From contig NW_027590443.1 in the NCBI RefSeq assembly GCF_964213995.1, positions 1-64,000 on the forward strand: a stretch of DNA of 64,000 nt, in the 5' to 3' direction. Every line of letters begins with the position of its first letter. Position 1 is the first letter of the stretch. The stretch comes from Mustelus asterias. Taxonomy: Eukaryota. The notes under the pieces were generated by a model. The model did no database searches. It was not told where the DNA came from and saw nothing but the letters and a program-made list of their open reading frames with translations. The translations under genes were made by a program, and so were the position numbers. Shown in pieces: positions 35,710-48,499 of this stretch.

Positions 35710-36522
35710 TTCAGTATAACATGGATAAATATGAAGTTATTCACTTTGGAAGGAGAAACAAAATGGTAGAGTATTATTTAAATGGTGATAGAATGGGGAA
35801 TGTCGAGGTACAAAGGGACCTGGGTGTCCTAGGACACAGTACTGAAAACAAGCATGCAGGTACAGCAAGCAGTCAGGAAGGCAAATGGTTTGATGACCTT
35901 CACTGTAAGGGAACTTGAGTACAGGAGCAAGAATGTCTTACTGCAGTTGTACAGGACTTTAGAGAGACCACACCTGGAGTAGTGTTTGCAGTTTTGGTCT
36001 CCTCATCTGTGAAAGTATATACTTGCCAGAGAGGGAGTGCAACAAGGGTTCACCAGACTGATTCCTGGGATAGTAGGATTGTCATACGAGGAGAGATTAG
36101 GTCGACTGAGCCTGTATTCACTGGGATTCAGAAGAATGAGAGGGGATCTGGTTGAAATGCATCAAAGTCTGACAGGGTTGAACAGACTGGATTCAGGAAT
36201 GCTGTTTCCTTTGGCTGGGGTGTCTATAATAAGGGGTCACAGCCTCACGATATGGGATAGGGCATTTAGGACTGAGATGAGGAGAAACCTCTTCACTCAG
36301 AAGGTAGTGAACCTGTGAAATTCTCTACCACAGAAGGATGTGGAGGCCAAGTTATAATATATTTGGGGCAATAGATAGGTTTCTAGACTCTAAAGGTGTC
36401 AAGGAGTATGTGGCGAGCGCAGGAGTATGGTGTTGAAATTGAGGATCAGTCATGATCAAATTAAATAATGGAGCAGGCCTGAAGGGCCGAATGGTCTACT
36501 CGTGCTCCTATTTTCTGTTTGT
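35710..36522 (+). mobile_element. Decayed CR1 3' fragment, about 90 nt upstream of the exon 5 acceptor
   Basis: QYNMDKYEVIHFGRRN, FTRLIPG, RRMRGDL, RRNLFTQKVVNL. Confidence 0.88.
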
Positions 36523-37379
36523 TTCAATATACATCAGGTCAAGTTAGCATCTAAAAACATATATAGATTAATTCTGGATATAAACTTTCACTGCAACCCA
36601 AAATGTTAACTTAGCTTCCTTTCATCAATGTTGACTTTACCAGATGCATACTTTCAAGAATATTTTTTCTAAGAGAAAATAACCCATGTCCTTCAATTAG
36701 ATAACCACTACAAAACTACTTCCTTATTTTAATTCTGTATGCAAAATATTAACTTGTCGGGTAAGAATAACTTTGCCAAAAGTGGTAATATTTCTTGTTT
36801 GAAGTATATTTGAAGTTGCAATATTAAAAATGTAATAAATTTTAAAATTGGGCGTGTGCGTGCACGAGGAGGGTACACACGTGTGTGTTTGGGGGAATGC
36901 ACACTAGAATTGTACCAAAGGAGTGGAACGCAATTAGTGCGATTTCCTAGTTCAAAAATGTTAAGGATAAGTGAGACTACTTTGGGCCAGTTAACCTCAC
37001 ATTTGTAGTAGAAAATCTTCACCCGAGGGTAAACATGAGTGAACATTTGAAGATGCGGGTACACTGCGATTAGAATCAGTGCAATGTAACTCATAGTGCA
37101 AATTAGAGATAACGCAAAATGCATTAAGGGACTGGGCAGATAGGGGGCAAATGCTGTACAATGTTGATAAATGCGAAACTTCCTACTTGCAAAGGAATTG
37201 TATTGCCTTTTTCTTTCTGCCATATTACTTAATGAATTAGGATAGATACATTAATACGCATTAAGGTACAGAATTTAGTTTCTCTTCGAATGAAATACTA
37301 TTGCACAAATGGTTTTACAATACTTTTTTGTATGACTCGAGGATAGTAGTGTACAGCTTCACTGAAAAAGATGGTGGTA

Positions 37380-37760
37380 TACTCCAGGCAGGAATTCAAA
37401 ACCAGCTGAGGCTAATGGGCGAGAAGCTTATTCACTGTTGGCTCACCAAGGCTCCTGAGACAGCACTTTCAAAACCCACAACCACCAACATGTAAAAGGA
37501 CCAGGGCAGCAGATACAGGAGAACACCACTGCCTGGAAGTCCCTTCCAAGCCACACACCACCCTGATTTGGAAATACATCACCGTTCCTGGGTCAAAATC
37601 CTGGAACTCCCTCCTTAATAGCACTCTGCATGTGTTTACACCACATGGACTGCAGTGGTTCAAAAAGGCAGTTCACACCATCTTCAAGGGGAATTAGGGA
37701 TGGGCAATAAATGCTGGCCTAGCCAGTGAAGCCCACATCCCATGAATGAAGAGAAAAAAA
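37380..37760 (+). mobile_element. SINE 3' part (Deu-domain-like), A-rich end
   Basis: Similar to minus-strand copies at about 52200-52585 and 56875-57240 (caccaccctgatttggaaatacatcaccgttcc...gggcaataaatgctggcctagccagtgaagcccacatccc). Confidence 0.6.
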
Positions 37761-38655
37761 ATCACAGAAAATCTATCTTGCATTATATGGCCTTTGGTCT
37801 TAGAAGAGGTGCAATATATAGGTTCAGTGCACAAATGACCATTAACTGTAACGCTTGGTCAGGTCACAATGATGCTAACTGTGGCAATTTTAGAAGTTTC
37901 ATGGTAGGGTTTGCTCTATCAGGTTTGGGCTTAATGTTGTTCGAGAAGCAGCTAAACATTTCTGGATTGCATGATTGAAAAATGTTTATCAGCACAGCGA
38001 GACCCATCTCACCAATATTGGCTCCGGACTAGAGTTCCTCTCCATAATCTCAATCTGCTGCCTTTCCCTTGTCACTCATTTATGTTCATTTCCAAGTTTT
38101 TACCCAATTCCTTCTTAAATGCAGTTTGAACAGGGGAGCATCACAAACTGTCGAATTCTCTCCCCTCATGCCAAAGGATGGGCAAGCTTCCCAATCCTAG
38201 AACCCAACTCCCCAAATTCTTCTCCACCCTAGGACCCTCTTCAGTACCAGCTGGCCCCAAGTCTCTAATTCCTCTACTCTGCTGTGGCTTCCCACCCCAC
38301 AATTGACAACAAATCCCATGATCACACTACCGAATTTTATGATATGCTGGTCCCAGTCATCTACCCAGTTCCAGCATACTGATTTGCATACAAATAGAAT
38401 AGCCAAAAGAGCACAGAAGCGGCAAAGACTGACCCTACATTCACGAGATACTCACATACTTTTCCACCAGTGGATCACCGAATTGAGTAGGAGCAAGAAT
38501 TATTGCAAAAATAACTTTCTCTGGACTGTAGTCAGATACTACCATTTGCCTAAACACTCTCTGGTCTGAGAGGATATTTAGGCAAATGGTAATATCTGAC
38601 TACAGTCCCGGTTGGGTTCAGCCAACTGGGAATAGATATGGAGATGTTTCATTTC

Positions 38656-38973
38656 GGCGGCATGGTGGCACAGTGGTTAGCACTGCTGCCTCACTGCTCC
38701 AGAGACCTGGGTTCAATTCCCGGCTTTGGTCAGTGTGTGTGGAGTTTGCACATTCTCCCCATGTCTGTGTAGGTTTCCTCCATGTCCAAAGATGTGCAGG
38801 TTAGGTGCATTGGCCACGCTAAATTGCCCCCTAGTGTCCCAAGATGTGTATGTTAAAGGGATTAGCGGGGGTAAATATGTGGGATTACAGGGATAGGGCC
38901 TGGGTGGGATTGTTGTCAGTGCAGATTTAATGGGCCGAATGGCCTTTTTCTGCACTGTAGGGATTCTATGATT
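38656..38973 (+). mobile_element. HE1/V-SINE-type tRNA-derived SINE with CR1-derived tail
   Basis: A box ggtggcacagtggttagc, B box gggttcaattcc, central tgtgtggagtttgcacattctcccc, tail aatgggccgaatggcc...gattctatga. Confidence 0.85.
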
Positions 38974-40719
38974 TATAGACCTTGTTCTCAAATTGAAGAC
39001 GTCGCCCAATGTGTTACTGTCAGTGGAAACCCATAGATTCTATTTTCACTTTTCAACTGCTTTTATATGTGCATCTACTAATTCACTGTTCATCTCTAAA
39101 GTATGGTCACGTTGAGAGAGAAGAGTCATACTAAGCAATTAAAATTCTGTAACTGGAAGATCTCTCCACGCCCCACCCCCCTCCCAAAAAAACCCATGCC
39201 TGGGGGAACCATTTAATACTCCAATTTAAAATCAGAGACTTCATATATTTCCAACTCACTTAGCAGGCAAGTTACCCAGGAAGAGCTAGGTCTAAAACCA
39301 CAACCCTGACGCCACACCCTCCAACCTATGGACATCTTTATATTGTCTTTGAAGATAAATTGAAAGTTAATTTTCCTATATCAAAAGCAGATTTAAGAGA
39401 AAGCGCTTTTTATTTGGTGCCACAAAGATACAGCTGTAGACCCGTCCAAAACACCAGCACATGCACCAGAAAAACCGACCTTGTTGATTGTGAACATACA
39501 AGTACTTTTGGTGCATTTCTAATAAACAAGGCTTAGTGCATCATGACAAAATGCCTGCAGTTTCCAGTTCTGGAACCAAATGTCCATACGATAGTGTAGG
39601 ACATGGAATAATAATAAATTTACTTCCCATTTTGATGTCATACATCAAACATGCCCCTCAATATAATTATTTGACTCTATTATTTAGGTAATTCAAAACA
39701 TTTTGGGAAGCAAAGAATTAGAGTTGCTCAGATCACAAGTTTCACAACAGCACAGGTTAAGGAAGTGAAAAGGGTAGGGCCAAGCTCGATTGTATATATA
39801 TCATGTGTCTTTAGGAGGTTCCCAGACACACTAATGATGTGTTATCAGTGAGGTAATACACAAACGCAGCAGCCAATTTGCATACAGTAAGATGCCATAA
39901 GCAGTAACATGACAGTGACCATATAACCTGATTTCATAATATTGGTTGAGGGATAAATGTTAGATAGGTCTTCTTCGACCAGTGGAAAGGAGTCTTTTAC
40001 ACCCATGTGAGGAGGCACATTGGGTATCAGTTCAACCTGTAATCTGAAAGGGTTCCTCCAATTGTGCAGCATCCTTTCCTTCTCTATGTACAGTATACTT
40101 TGTCTGTATAGAGACCACAATACTTTTCACTGTATACTAGTGCAGGTGACAATAATAAATCTAATCAAAATCAAATAACTTTTCTCAGCACTCCATTTAA
40201 GTTATCAGCGCTACCGGTGTGACTGAAGAGATACGCACACAAAGCAGGGGCAAGTGAAGTGAGGTGCATTCCAATTGTATACAACATTACGTGGAGATGC
40301 CGGCATTGGACTGGGGTAAACACAGTGAGTAGTCTCTCAACACCAGGTTAAAGTCCAACAGGTTTATTTGGTAGCAAAAGCCACTAGCTTTCGGAGCGCG
40401 CTGCCCCTTTGTTCTGACGTTGAGGGATTTCTTACTGTGTATACAACATTGACAGCGAGAGGTGTGCGCACTGCACCCGAAGTATAAACATTTTTTTGTT
40501 TTTACCATTTGAAGTTGATGATCACTCTATTGATATATAAATGATTAAGAATTTTCTATAACTCATTGTGAAATATTCAACATGTATTTAATTTTATTCA
40601 TGGGGTCATAGCAATTGAACAAGCCAGATCAAACAGGTGCTGGAGTGTGTCGACCAGGGGAATTTCACAGTAACTTCATTGCAGTGTTAATGTAAGCCTT
40701 ACTTGTGATTAATAAACTT

Positions 40720-41310
40720 TAATTTCAGTCTTGCAGCCCACTGAGGTGAAGAAGGGCCACTCATGTGGCTCACTCACTGGCCTAGGTTTATCTCCCTCAA
40801 GTGCCAACCAATTTCTTTTTAAAATCATTGATCACCTCGGTTCCCATCCCCATTTAGGCAGTGGCCGCCATGTCATTACCATCTGCTGTGTAAAAAGAAA
40901 CTCTTCCTCAGAGCTACTTTCCCTAAACCTTTCATAATTTTGTATACCATTATCAAATCTCCCTTTCTTTGCCTCAAAGAGAACCCCAGCTTCTGCAACC
41001 TAACTTTTTACATAAAATCCCATTCTAAAACGAACCCACTCAAAAATCGACATATCCTTCTCAAATTTTGGAGACCAAAAATGGGCACAATACTCTAGTT
41101 GTGGCCTAACCAGACTAAGATTCAGCATAATTCTCTTGCTTTTGTACTCCATACCTCTATTTATGAAGACAAAATCCCATGTGCTTTGCTAACTACTCTC
41201 CCATTGTGCCTGCCACCTTCAAACATCAATCACATGAACCACAACTCCCTGTTAATGGCACTGTTTTAAACTGTGTACTAAGTCTATATTACCTCTACCT
41301 GTCCCTTCTA
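40720..41310 (-). mobile_element. Highly decayed CR1 3' fragment
   Basis: gaccaaaaatgggcacaatactctagttgtggcctaacc, the antisense of the RPQLEYCAHFW motif. Confidence 0.65.
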
Positions 41311-42282
41311 AATGTATGTGCATCTGGCAGAAATATGGACAAGTGAGCTTACAAATGGTAAACATAAACAAGGATAATGTTTTATAGACAAGTGTGCTCA
41401 ACTATAGGATCTAATATATTAATGACAAATACAAATATAATTTTTAATGCTACAAATGGTCTTATGCCCTTAAAAGAGCAACCTCTAGAATACAGCTGTA
41501 AAAAATTGATTACTCCATGTCGCAATTTACAACTTGTGATCTTGAATTAAATACACATGTAGTGCTAATTTCATTCAAGACATCCAATTGGATTCCTGTT
41601 TTCCTAATGGTGAAACTGGTCAAGTGTAGATTCTGATGGAAAGAAAAAAGTGTGCTTGGTTCAAACAAGACATTCGTTTCACGGTTTGCTCACATTCATC
41701 TTCAGGACAGCTAAGAGTTTGAGAGAATACATCGATTCCAGCTGGGTAAAGGCAACCTCAAAAGAAAGGGATCCCTCAAGTTCAAATTGCTATTCCTCTC
41801 CCAAATTTCAGCTCTGTCCACAAATTAAAAATGACTTTGGTTGAAATAGTGCCATTTCACAGCTCAGCAAAAGTTAATTAAAAGCTGGTTAGAATTTTTA
41901 AATGCTTGATTTTTTTTGACTGAATGCCTGCTATCAACCTCTATCAAAATTTGTCTCACCAAGTTCTTACTATAATTAAAGAAAATTCTTGCATGACCTC
42001 AACAAAGCAGTGTTTATTGCCTATTCTGACTTGCCCTCATGGCCTCAACTTTAAAACTGTCACTCCAGTTTTCAAATCCCTTCATGACCTGATCTCTCCC
42101 AGGCACCCGAGTGTGGTGACTAGGGGATTTTCACAGTAACTTCACTGCAGTGTTAATGTAAGCCTATTTGTGACACTAATAAATAGATATCTGTAATTTC
42201 CACCAGTATCATTACACCCCACTTCAGCCTCTCCAAGATATTTGCACTGCTCCAATGCTGGCCTCTTGGAACTTCTCGAATT

Positions 42283-42510
42283 GGTGGCATGGTGACACAG
42301 TGGTTAGCACTGCTGCCTCACAGCACCAGGAACCCGGATTCGATTCCTGGCATGGGTCACTGTCTATGTGGAGTCTGCACGTTCTCCCAGTGTCTGTGCT
42401 CCGGTTTTCTCCCACAGTCCAATAGACATGGTTAGGTGCATTGGCCATGCTAAACTCTCCCTCAGTGCTCCTGAACAGGTACCAGAGTGTGACGACTAGG
42501 GAATTTTCAG
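42283..42510 (+). mobile_element. V-SINE-type SINE with alternative (non-CR1) tail
   Basis: Same tRNA head and central domain as 38656; the tail reads gagtgtgacgactagggaattttcag. Confidence 0.8.
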
Positions 42511-44145
42511 TTAAACTTTTAATTGCTAACCACTGACAACTGTGGCATTTCCTCCCAAGTCACTAATATTGGGAAGTCCTTCTCTACATCCCTGAATCAC
42601 ACTTTCCTCCTTTTAGGCACTCCTTAAAGCCTACCTCTTTTCAAATCTTTTAGTCATCTGTCCGAATATCTCAAGTGCCTTGGTGTTAAATTTTGTTTGA
42701 TAGTATTCTGGTGAAGAGCCTATCCTAAAACCATACACAAGTACAAGTTTTTCTTAAGAGCCAACGACAACATAGGACTGAAGTCTCGTATAGCCAGATT
42801 AAGCAGTGGCAGCAAATCATTTCCTTTGGACATTAGAGTTGAGTTTTTATGCAAATCAGAAGTTTTCAAGGCATTTTTTCTTGTGCCATTCCAGAAATTA
42901 TCTTTTATGAATTTACTTGCACAACTCGTCACCATGAGTTCTGAACTCAATCTCTGGCTTGCTAACCCAGTACCACCATAATTGTTCTATCATACATGAA
43001 GTAATCATATTAACACAAGTCTGCAAAAGCTTTTGAACAGAATGGCAACGGTACTGGCGAAAATGTCTGTTGGAATTTCTAAACTGCACTGTCCACAGAA
43101 ATACAAATCAACCCAGTGTGCCTGAATCAAATATCACTAGAGTTAATCATATCTCCAACACAGTTTTCCACAACATACTAGTTGAGCCAAAACAATGCAA
43201 AACCTCAACACTCAAACAAAAATGAAGAAAGCAAATAAATCTACAAGTTAATCACAATTCTTCAGATTATTTTTAGACAGGTATCAATAGAGCTACTGCC
43301 TTTTAAAATGGGCTTAACTGAATTCAGACCAAATAAATTTTACTATCAAAAACAAAAAATTTGGAACTTAAAGCAAAAGTTAACTAAAGGTTGAGTAAAC
43401 TTTTTTGACTGATGGCTTAGGATGGGCAATGCTGGCTGAGCCAGTGACACTCATCCTGTAAATGAATAAAGAAAACTTCCGCTACATCAAAATTTGTCTC
43501 ACCAAGTATTTATTGGACAAATAAAATTGTTCCATGACCCCAACAAAGCAGTCTTTATTACACATTCCAAGTTGCCCTCATGTGGCCTCAACTTTGAAAT
43601 TCTTACCCCAGTTTTCAAATCCCTCCATGGCCTGATCCCTCCTTATCTCTAATCTCCTCCAGTCGCACAACACTCCACAGACTGAGTTTCAAATTTGCAG
43701 TTCGGAAATACAGCAAGAAAATATTTATCATGCAAAACAAGACTACCTCAAATGCACATTGATTACCCTCCAAATGACAATTCCTTTTCTGTCATCTGTA
43801 ACATGTTTGGAGTAAAAGTAGACCTAATAAACTCATCAATATCACAAAATCTGGGGTTTTTCCTCAAATATTTGATCGTCAGCATAGTTGACAGAGTAGG
43901 AGTTTCAGATTAAAAATAAAAGAGGCTTTTAAACAATACGCCCACTCTCCATTTACCATATAAAGTTTTTCTCTGAAAATTATGAACCAAATGAAAGTTT
44001 GAACTCTCAAACTGCCTTGCAAAGTAAAATTAATTTTTAGCTTTGCATAGTTATTAGGCATCATCTAACATGTCAGTGAACAGTGACTTTTAAACCACAT
44101 TTATAGGAAAGCGAATCAAACTTCATAAATGTAACAATCACTCAC

Positions 44146-44244
44146 CTCGTTAACATGGACATGATCATTTTGATGTGAGCAGCAACAGCAGTGGGAATTA
44201 ATAATAAAAAACACTGGGGATCTCTCTCTATTCTCAGAATCCAT
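44146..44244 (-). CDS. WNK1: WNK1 exon 4a homologue (alternative first coding exon of kinase-deficient KS-WNK1; cysteine-rich hydrophobic motif)
   Basis: ATG at 44244 (context CAGATGG) opens 33 codons, MDSENRERSPVFFIINSHCCCCSHQNDHVHVNE, ending at a consensus donor GAG|GTGAGT in phase 0, matching phase-0 exon 5. Human exon 4a as recalled is MDIKKKDFCSVFVIINSHCCCCPQKDCINE. It lies upstream of exon 5 in intron 4, as in mammals. Confidence 0.92.
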
Positions 44245-47200
44245 CTGAGAACTTGCAATAAAGTCTAACGGGTCACAGAGGGCATTTTGGCAAAAGAGAC
44301 TTGCCAATATGTGGCAAATCAATGGATACTGGTTTCTACTTTGCTAATATTAGAGTTCTTTATGCCCCCTACACTAGTAAAAGAATTTTAAAATTTCTCT
44401 CATCAATGCACCTCCTTTTCTTTGTAACAGCAAGGAGAACATATCCACTGTTTCTCCAGCCAAGTGCCTAGTACAATCCTCTACACCTCCTTTAAGGTTG
44501 TTCAGTCACATGAACAGATTTCATTAGCAACTGAAATGCGTCATACCTCCTGCAGGGTATTTCTGTCCTGTAGTCTTTCAACTATATTTTCACAAAGGCA
44601 GGAACAAATTTTGAGCAGCTTCTTCAATAAAAGGTTCCCTTAAATGCATAAGGCCTTAATTTTTGAAAAACCTAGAAGGCAAATGATGATCTATAATTTC
44701 TCTCCACGACAGAGGAAAGTTATTAAAATAATTCTCAGAAGGGTTTTTGTGATTGGCCCCTTATTCAGTTCAAACAAACAAATTTGCAACTCCATTATCC
44801 TTGAATAGTTGTACAGCAATCATTTTAATCTCAATTATTCCTGTACATATTTGTTCCTTCTAATGATTGTAGTAAATAAAGACATCTGGCCAAAATAAAT
44901 GAATTCAGTAGAAAAATGCTTCATTTCATGTGACAAATTGTGATAAGAACATTTTTTTAAAAGTGAAAAAAAATTATACCTCAATCTAACCTTCCAGGTT
45001 TAACATGAGACGTGACAAAGCGTGTGTAATTATTTTCCTCTCCTATTCCCAAAATTACTTAATTCTTGGGTATTGCTCCATGAACACTTCAGCGTAAATG
45101 TCTGGTATCTCAATCAAGTGATCACTATGTGCATTTAAGACAAGGTGCAAGGATCAACAGGGAATTGAAATATATAGACCCTGATTTGATTCTCACCCAG
45201 TGTCTACACGCAAGGTCCAGCAAGCATCACAGACTACGTATCCGTAATTGGTTCTGAACTGGGATAATCATTATGGCACCAAAGGATTCCATGAAGCTAT
45301 TTGGCCCAGTCAATCCCATTTCTCCATTCAATCCCAGTAGCTTTGCAAGTTATTTCCCTCATGTATTGAAGTCTTGACCCCAAGAGCATCCGGATATGTA
45401 TCAAAGGCAACAGTCATCGATCACAGCAATAAGACAACATTTAAAGTTGACTAAATGTGGTTTAAGTGGCACTTCCAATCTTCAACAACAATTTTCTTAC
45501 TCCTTTTCAGCTGGCCATTGTTTGGAAAGATCATTAATTGCAGTGCTAGCCAGGATACAAGTATCCACTAGCACTTTAACCAGTAGATTGACAGGTTTCT
45601 CAGCCCCATCTCTTAATAACTACCTTTCATTTCTTTGTTGTTGCATTCATTTAGTCTGAAATAGCATGGATTGGAAATTAGATCAAATTTCCCTTAATCA
45701 GTCATTTTGCAGTGTTGCCACAAGACTTTTTTTTTTAAAAGCGCATTGGCATTAATATGTTATAACTGAAATTATATGCAAGCCTTGCATCTTTTTTGAA
45801 TTACGCAGAAGCACGTAGTTCAATGGCAACATCTCAGCCAAAGTTGACGTGCCAAACAATCAGCACCCCTTTTGTCCTGTAGTATAAATTGTTGTGATCA
45901 TTTGAAATTTGGCATTCTTCGATTTGTCCTGAGTGCAAGATGAAAAGCCTCAGTATGTATCTTTTTTCAACAATATTCAAGTTCAGTACTACCAAGTGAC
46001 TCAAATTCTATTTAAACCAATAACTTGATATAGTACTTGCATTTATGCAACTTCAGACAACTCAATTACTTTCACCATCAGATATATTTTGTATTTTGCG
46101 CTGGAAACGCACCTTTCGTGTACTTCACAGATATAGCCAGGCATTTATGACAATGTACTGGATGTGACTTCTGAATTAAACAGGACACTATGACTGCACA
46201 CTGCTGGGATCACACTGAACAAGCAGCTAATATGGGGAAAAATAGAAGCCAAGATATGCAGTTTCTGACAGGAGCCAAACAAGATGCCCTCAGTCTGAAA
46301 GTATGAACTGATTTTGTTTTATTTCAATGCGATTTATGGGAGGTGATTTTCCACATCTCTGTAAATGGTGGGGTGAAGAGAGCAAAAATATGGACAAGAC
46401 CAGAGTTGGAGTAATACAGTACTTCGGGGGTTGCAAAGGTACAGAATGTTAGGGAGGGAGGGGAAAAGACAAGAAAGAATTTAAGCACAAGAATGTAAAT
46501 TGTAAAATGGGAAGAGTGCTTCAGAAGCAAAAAACCGAGAACTGATTTAGAGTACATGCAGATCTTGCTTTATTTAACACAAGGTTTGCATTGTTATGAT
46601 GTACTGGTCACCTTCACGAAAGCATGACATCTTTCCAAAGGTCAAAACTTCAGAGTAATGGTTGTAACGTCACTGTAATTTGTTATTCCAACAGGTTGTT
46701 TGGAGAAAAAAAAACAATTCAAAACAGCTCTTTTTACCCTCTGGCCTGTTGCTTACCATTGAAGCATTTCACTTTATTGCTATAAAACACTGCCTCATGA
46801 CACAGAACTGTACCCACCTGAAGCTATTGCTGAGAAAATGCAAAAATCTCACGTAAAATAGCCCCTTTAGGATCAAAGTCATTAAAGTTATAACCCAACA
46901 GTTCACTCAAACGTGATTTTGCACTGAAACAGCATTTGACAAATAACCCATTTGAACTTCAAAACCTTGGTTGAAAGCTAAATCAATAAGTCAAATGCAC
47001 AACACAAAACTAACTACAATTAGCAATTGATCTTGTATCCAAATCTCAGTGCACAAAAAGGAATTTTCCAGTCCATATGGAAGTTTTTCCACTAGTGTTA
47101 AACTCTGCTGAAACTATTAAATGGTACTGAAAACCCCCCAATAATAATAGTCAAGAATATTTTTTGAAAAAGACAAGAGAACAAACTGGCTTTCAAAAAG

Positions 47201-48499
47201 GGAACTGGACTGAAGAAAAAAAAAGTATAACAGGAAAAATGATTCGCTGAGTTGCTTTTGCAGAGAGTCAGCACAGACGGCCGAATGGCTTTTTTCTGTG
47301 TTGTAACCAATTTATGATTCTAAACAATCAAACTTATGTGGATAAATAATTAAAACTTGAACTTTGTTTCAGAGGGTTGGCAGAGGTAGAAATGAAATCA
47401 AATCAGCCAAAAGGTGGTTCAAGCACATTTACACTTGGGCCTTTTCCCTATTTTGGATTAAATATTTGTACAGCAAAACACAAGACATCAAGGCTCGAAC
47501 ACAAGAAACCAACAAGATTTACTTTGATTGTCAAAGACCACTTCTGGATCATGGAGACAGGCTGGCAAAATGGCTGAGTAAAATGCACATGAACAGAGAT
47601 TATACTTCGGTTTCTTTAATGTGAAGACAAGGAGGAATGCACTTTTAATAGAATAGCCATGAAAACAGATTTTGTAGGGTTGGAAATGCTGAATGTCATA
47701 CTGGTCAAACTTCTCCTTCATGGATATTTGTACCATTGGCTTTATGGTCAATTAAACTGAGAAATAATTACACACTGAAATTTCTGACCTTGAACTGAAC
47801 TCGCTAAACGACAGTTGTTAGTAAAGTAAATCTGATGTAAATGCACGCTGGACTTATTTTACTGAAGATTCCCATAAAGTGTGACAATACAAAATGGTTA
47901 GGACAAGTGATGGAAAGAGGAGAGGTCCTTAAGAGGGAAAAGACAATGAGTTGAGAAGCAAAAAGAGAATGATCAGGTTTCTTGGGGTGTTCTATAGGCC
48001 TCTAAATAGCGAGGGATGGCCGAACAGGTCTGCAGAGAAATCACATTGATGTGCAAGAACTATAAAGTAATGGCATGGGGCACTTTAATTATCCAAATAT
48101 CAACTGGGATAATATCAAGGTTAAGGAGGAGAAGGAACTTCTAAAATGTGTTGAGAACTTCTTTGATCAAGACGTTCTTGGCCCAATTGGAAAGGAGGCA
48201 TTGCTGCATCTGTGAAATGAGATGTGTCAAGTGGATCAAATGTCTGTGGGGAACATTTGAGTCAGTGTGATCATCATCATCATATCATAAGGTTTGGATC
48301 AGTAATGGAGATGAGCAAGGAACAATCTTGTGTAGGATTTCTAAATTTCAAGGCAGCTAATTTCAATGCGACAAAGGGACCTAGCCAGAGCAAAACAGAA
48401 CCAGAATCAGGGAAATTTTCAATTAAACCGTGGCCGATCTTTAAGAAACAAATGCTTCAAATACAGACTAGTCACGTTTCACCAGAGGAAAAATTGAAA

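Larger units (their letters stand above)
16964..44244 (-). other. WNK1: WNK1 locus, visible exonic span (exon 4a to exon 10 equivalents); the gene extends beyond both window ends
   Basis: Spliced translation [138 protein letters not shown] is nearly identical to vertebrate WNK1. The 8b, HSN2 and 4a exons are WNK1-specific. Kinase exons 1-4 and exons 11+ were not found in the window. Confidence 0.96.

Noticed and set aside
38656-38730. tRNA-like sequences at SINE 5' ends
   Set aside because: SINE heads with A and B boxes, not tRNA genes
44280-44370. Short palindromes (TTGCCA-N5-TGGCAA, CTAATATTAG) and CATAAAG upstream of exon 4a as promoter elements
   Set aside because: They do not match NFI, HNF1 or TATA consensus well enough to call without conservation or start-site data
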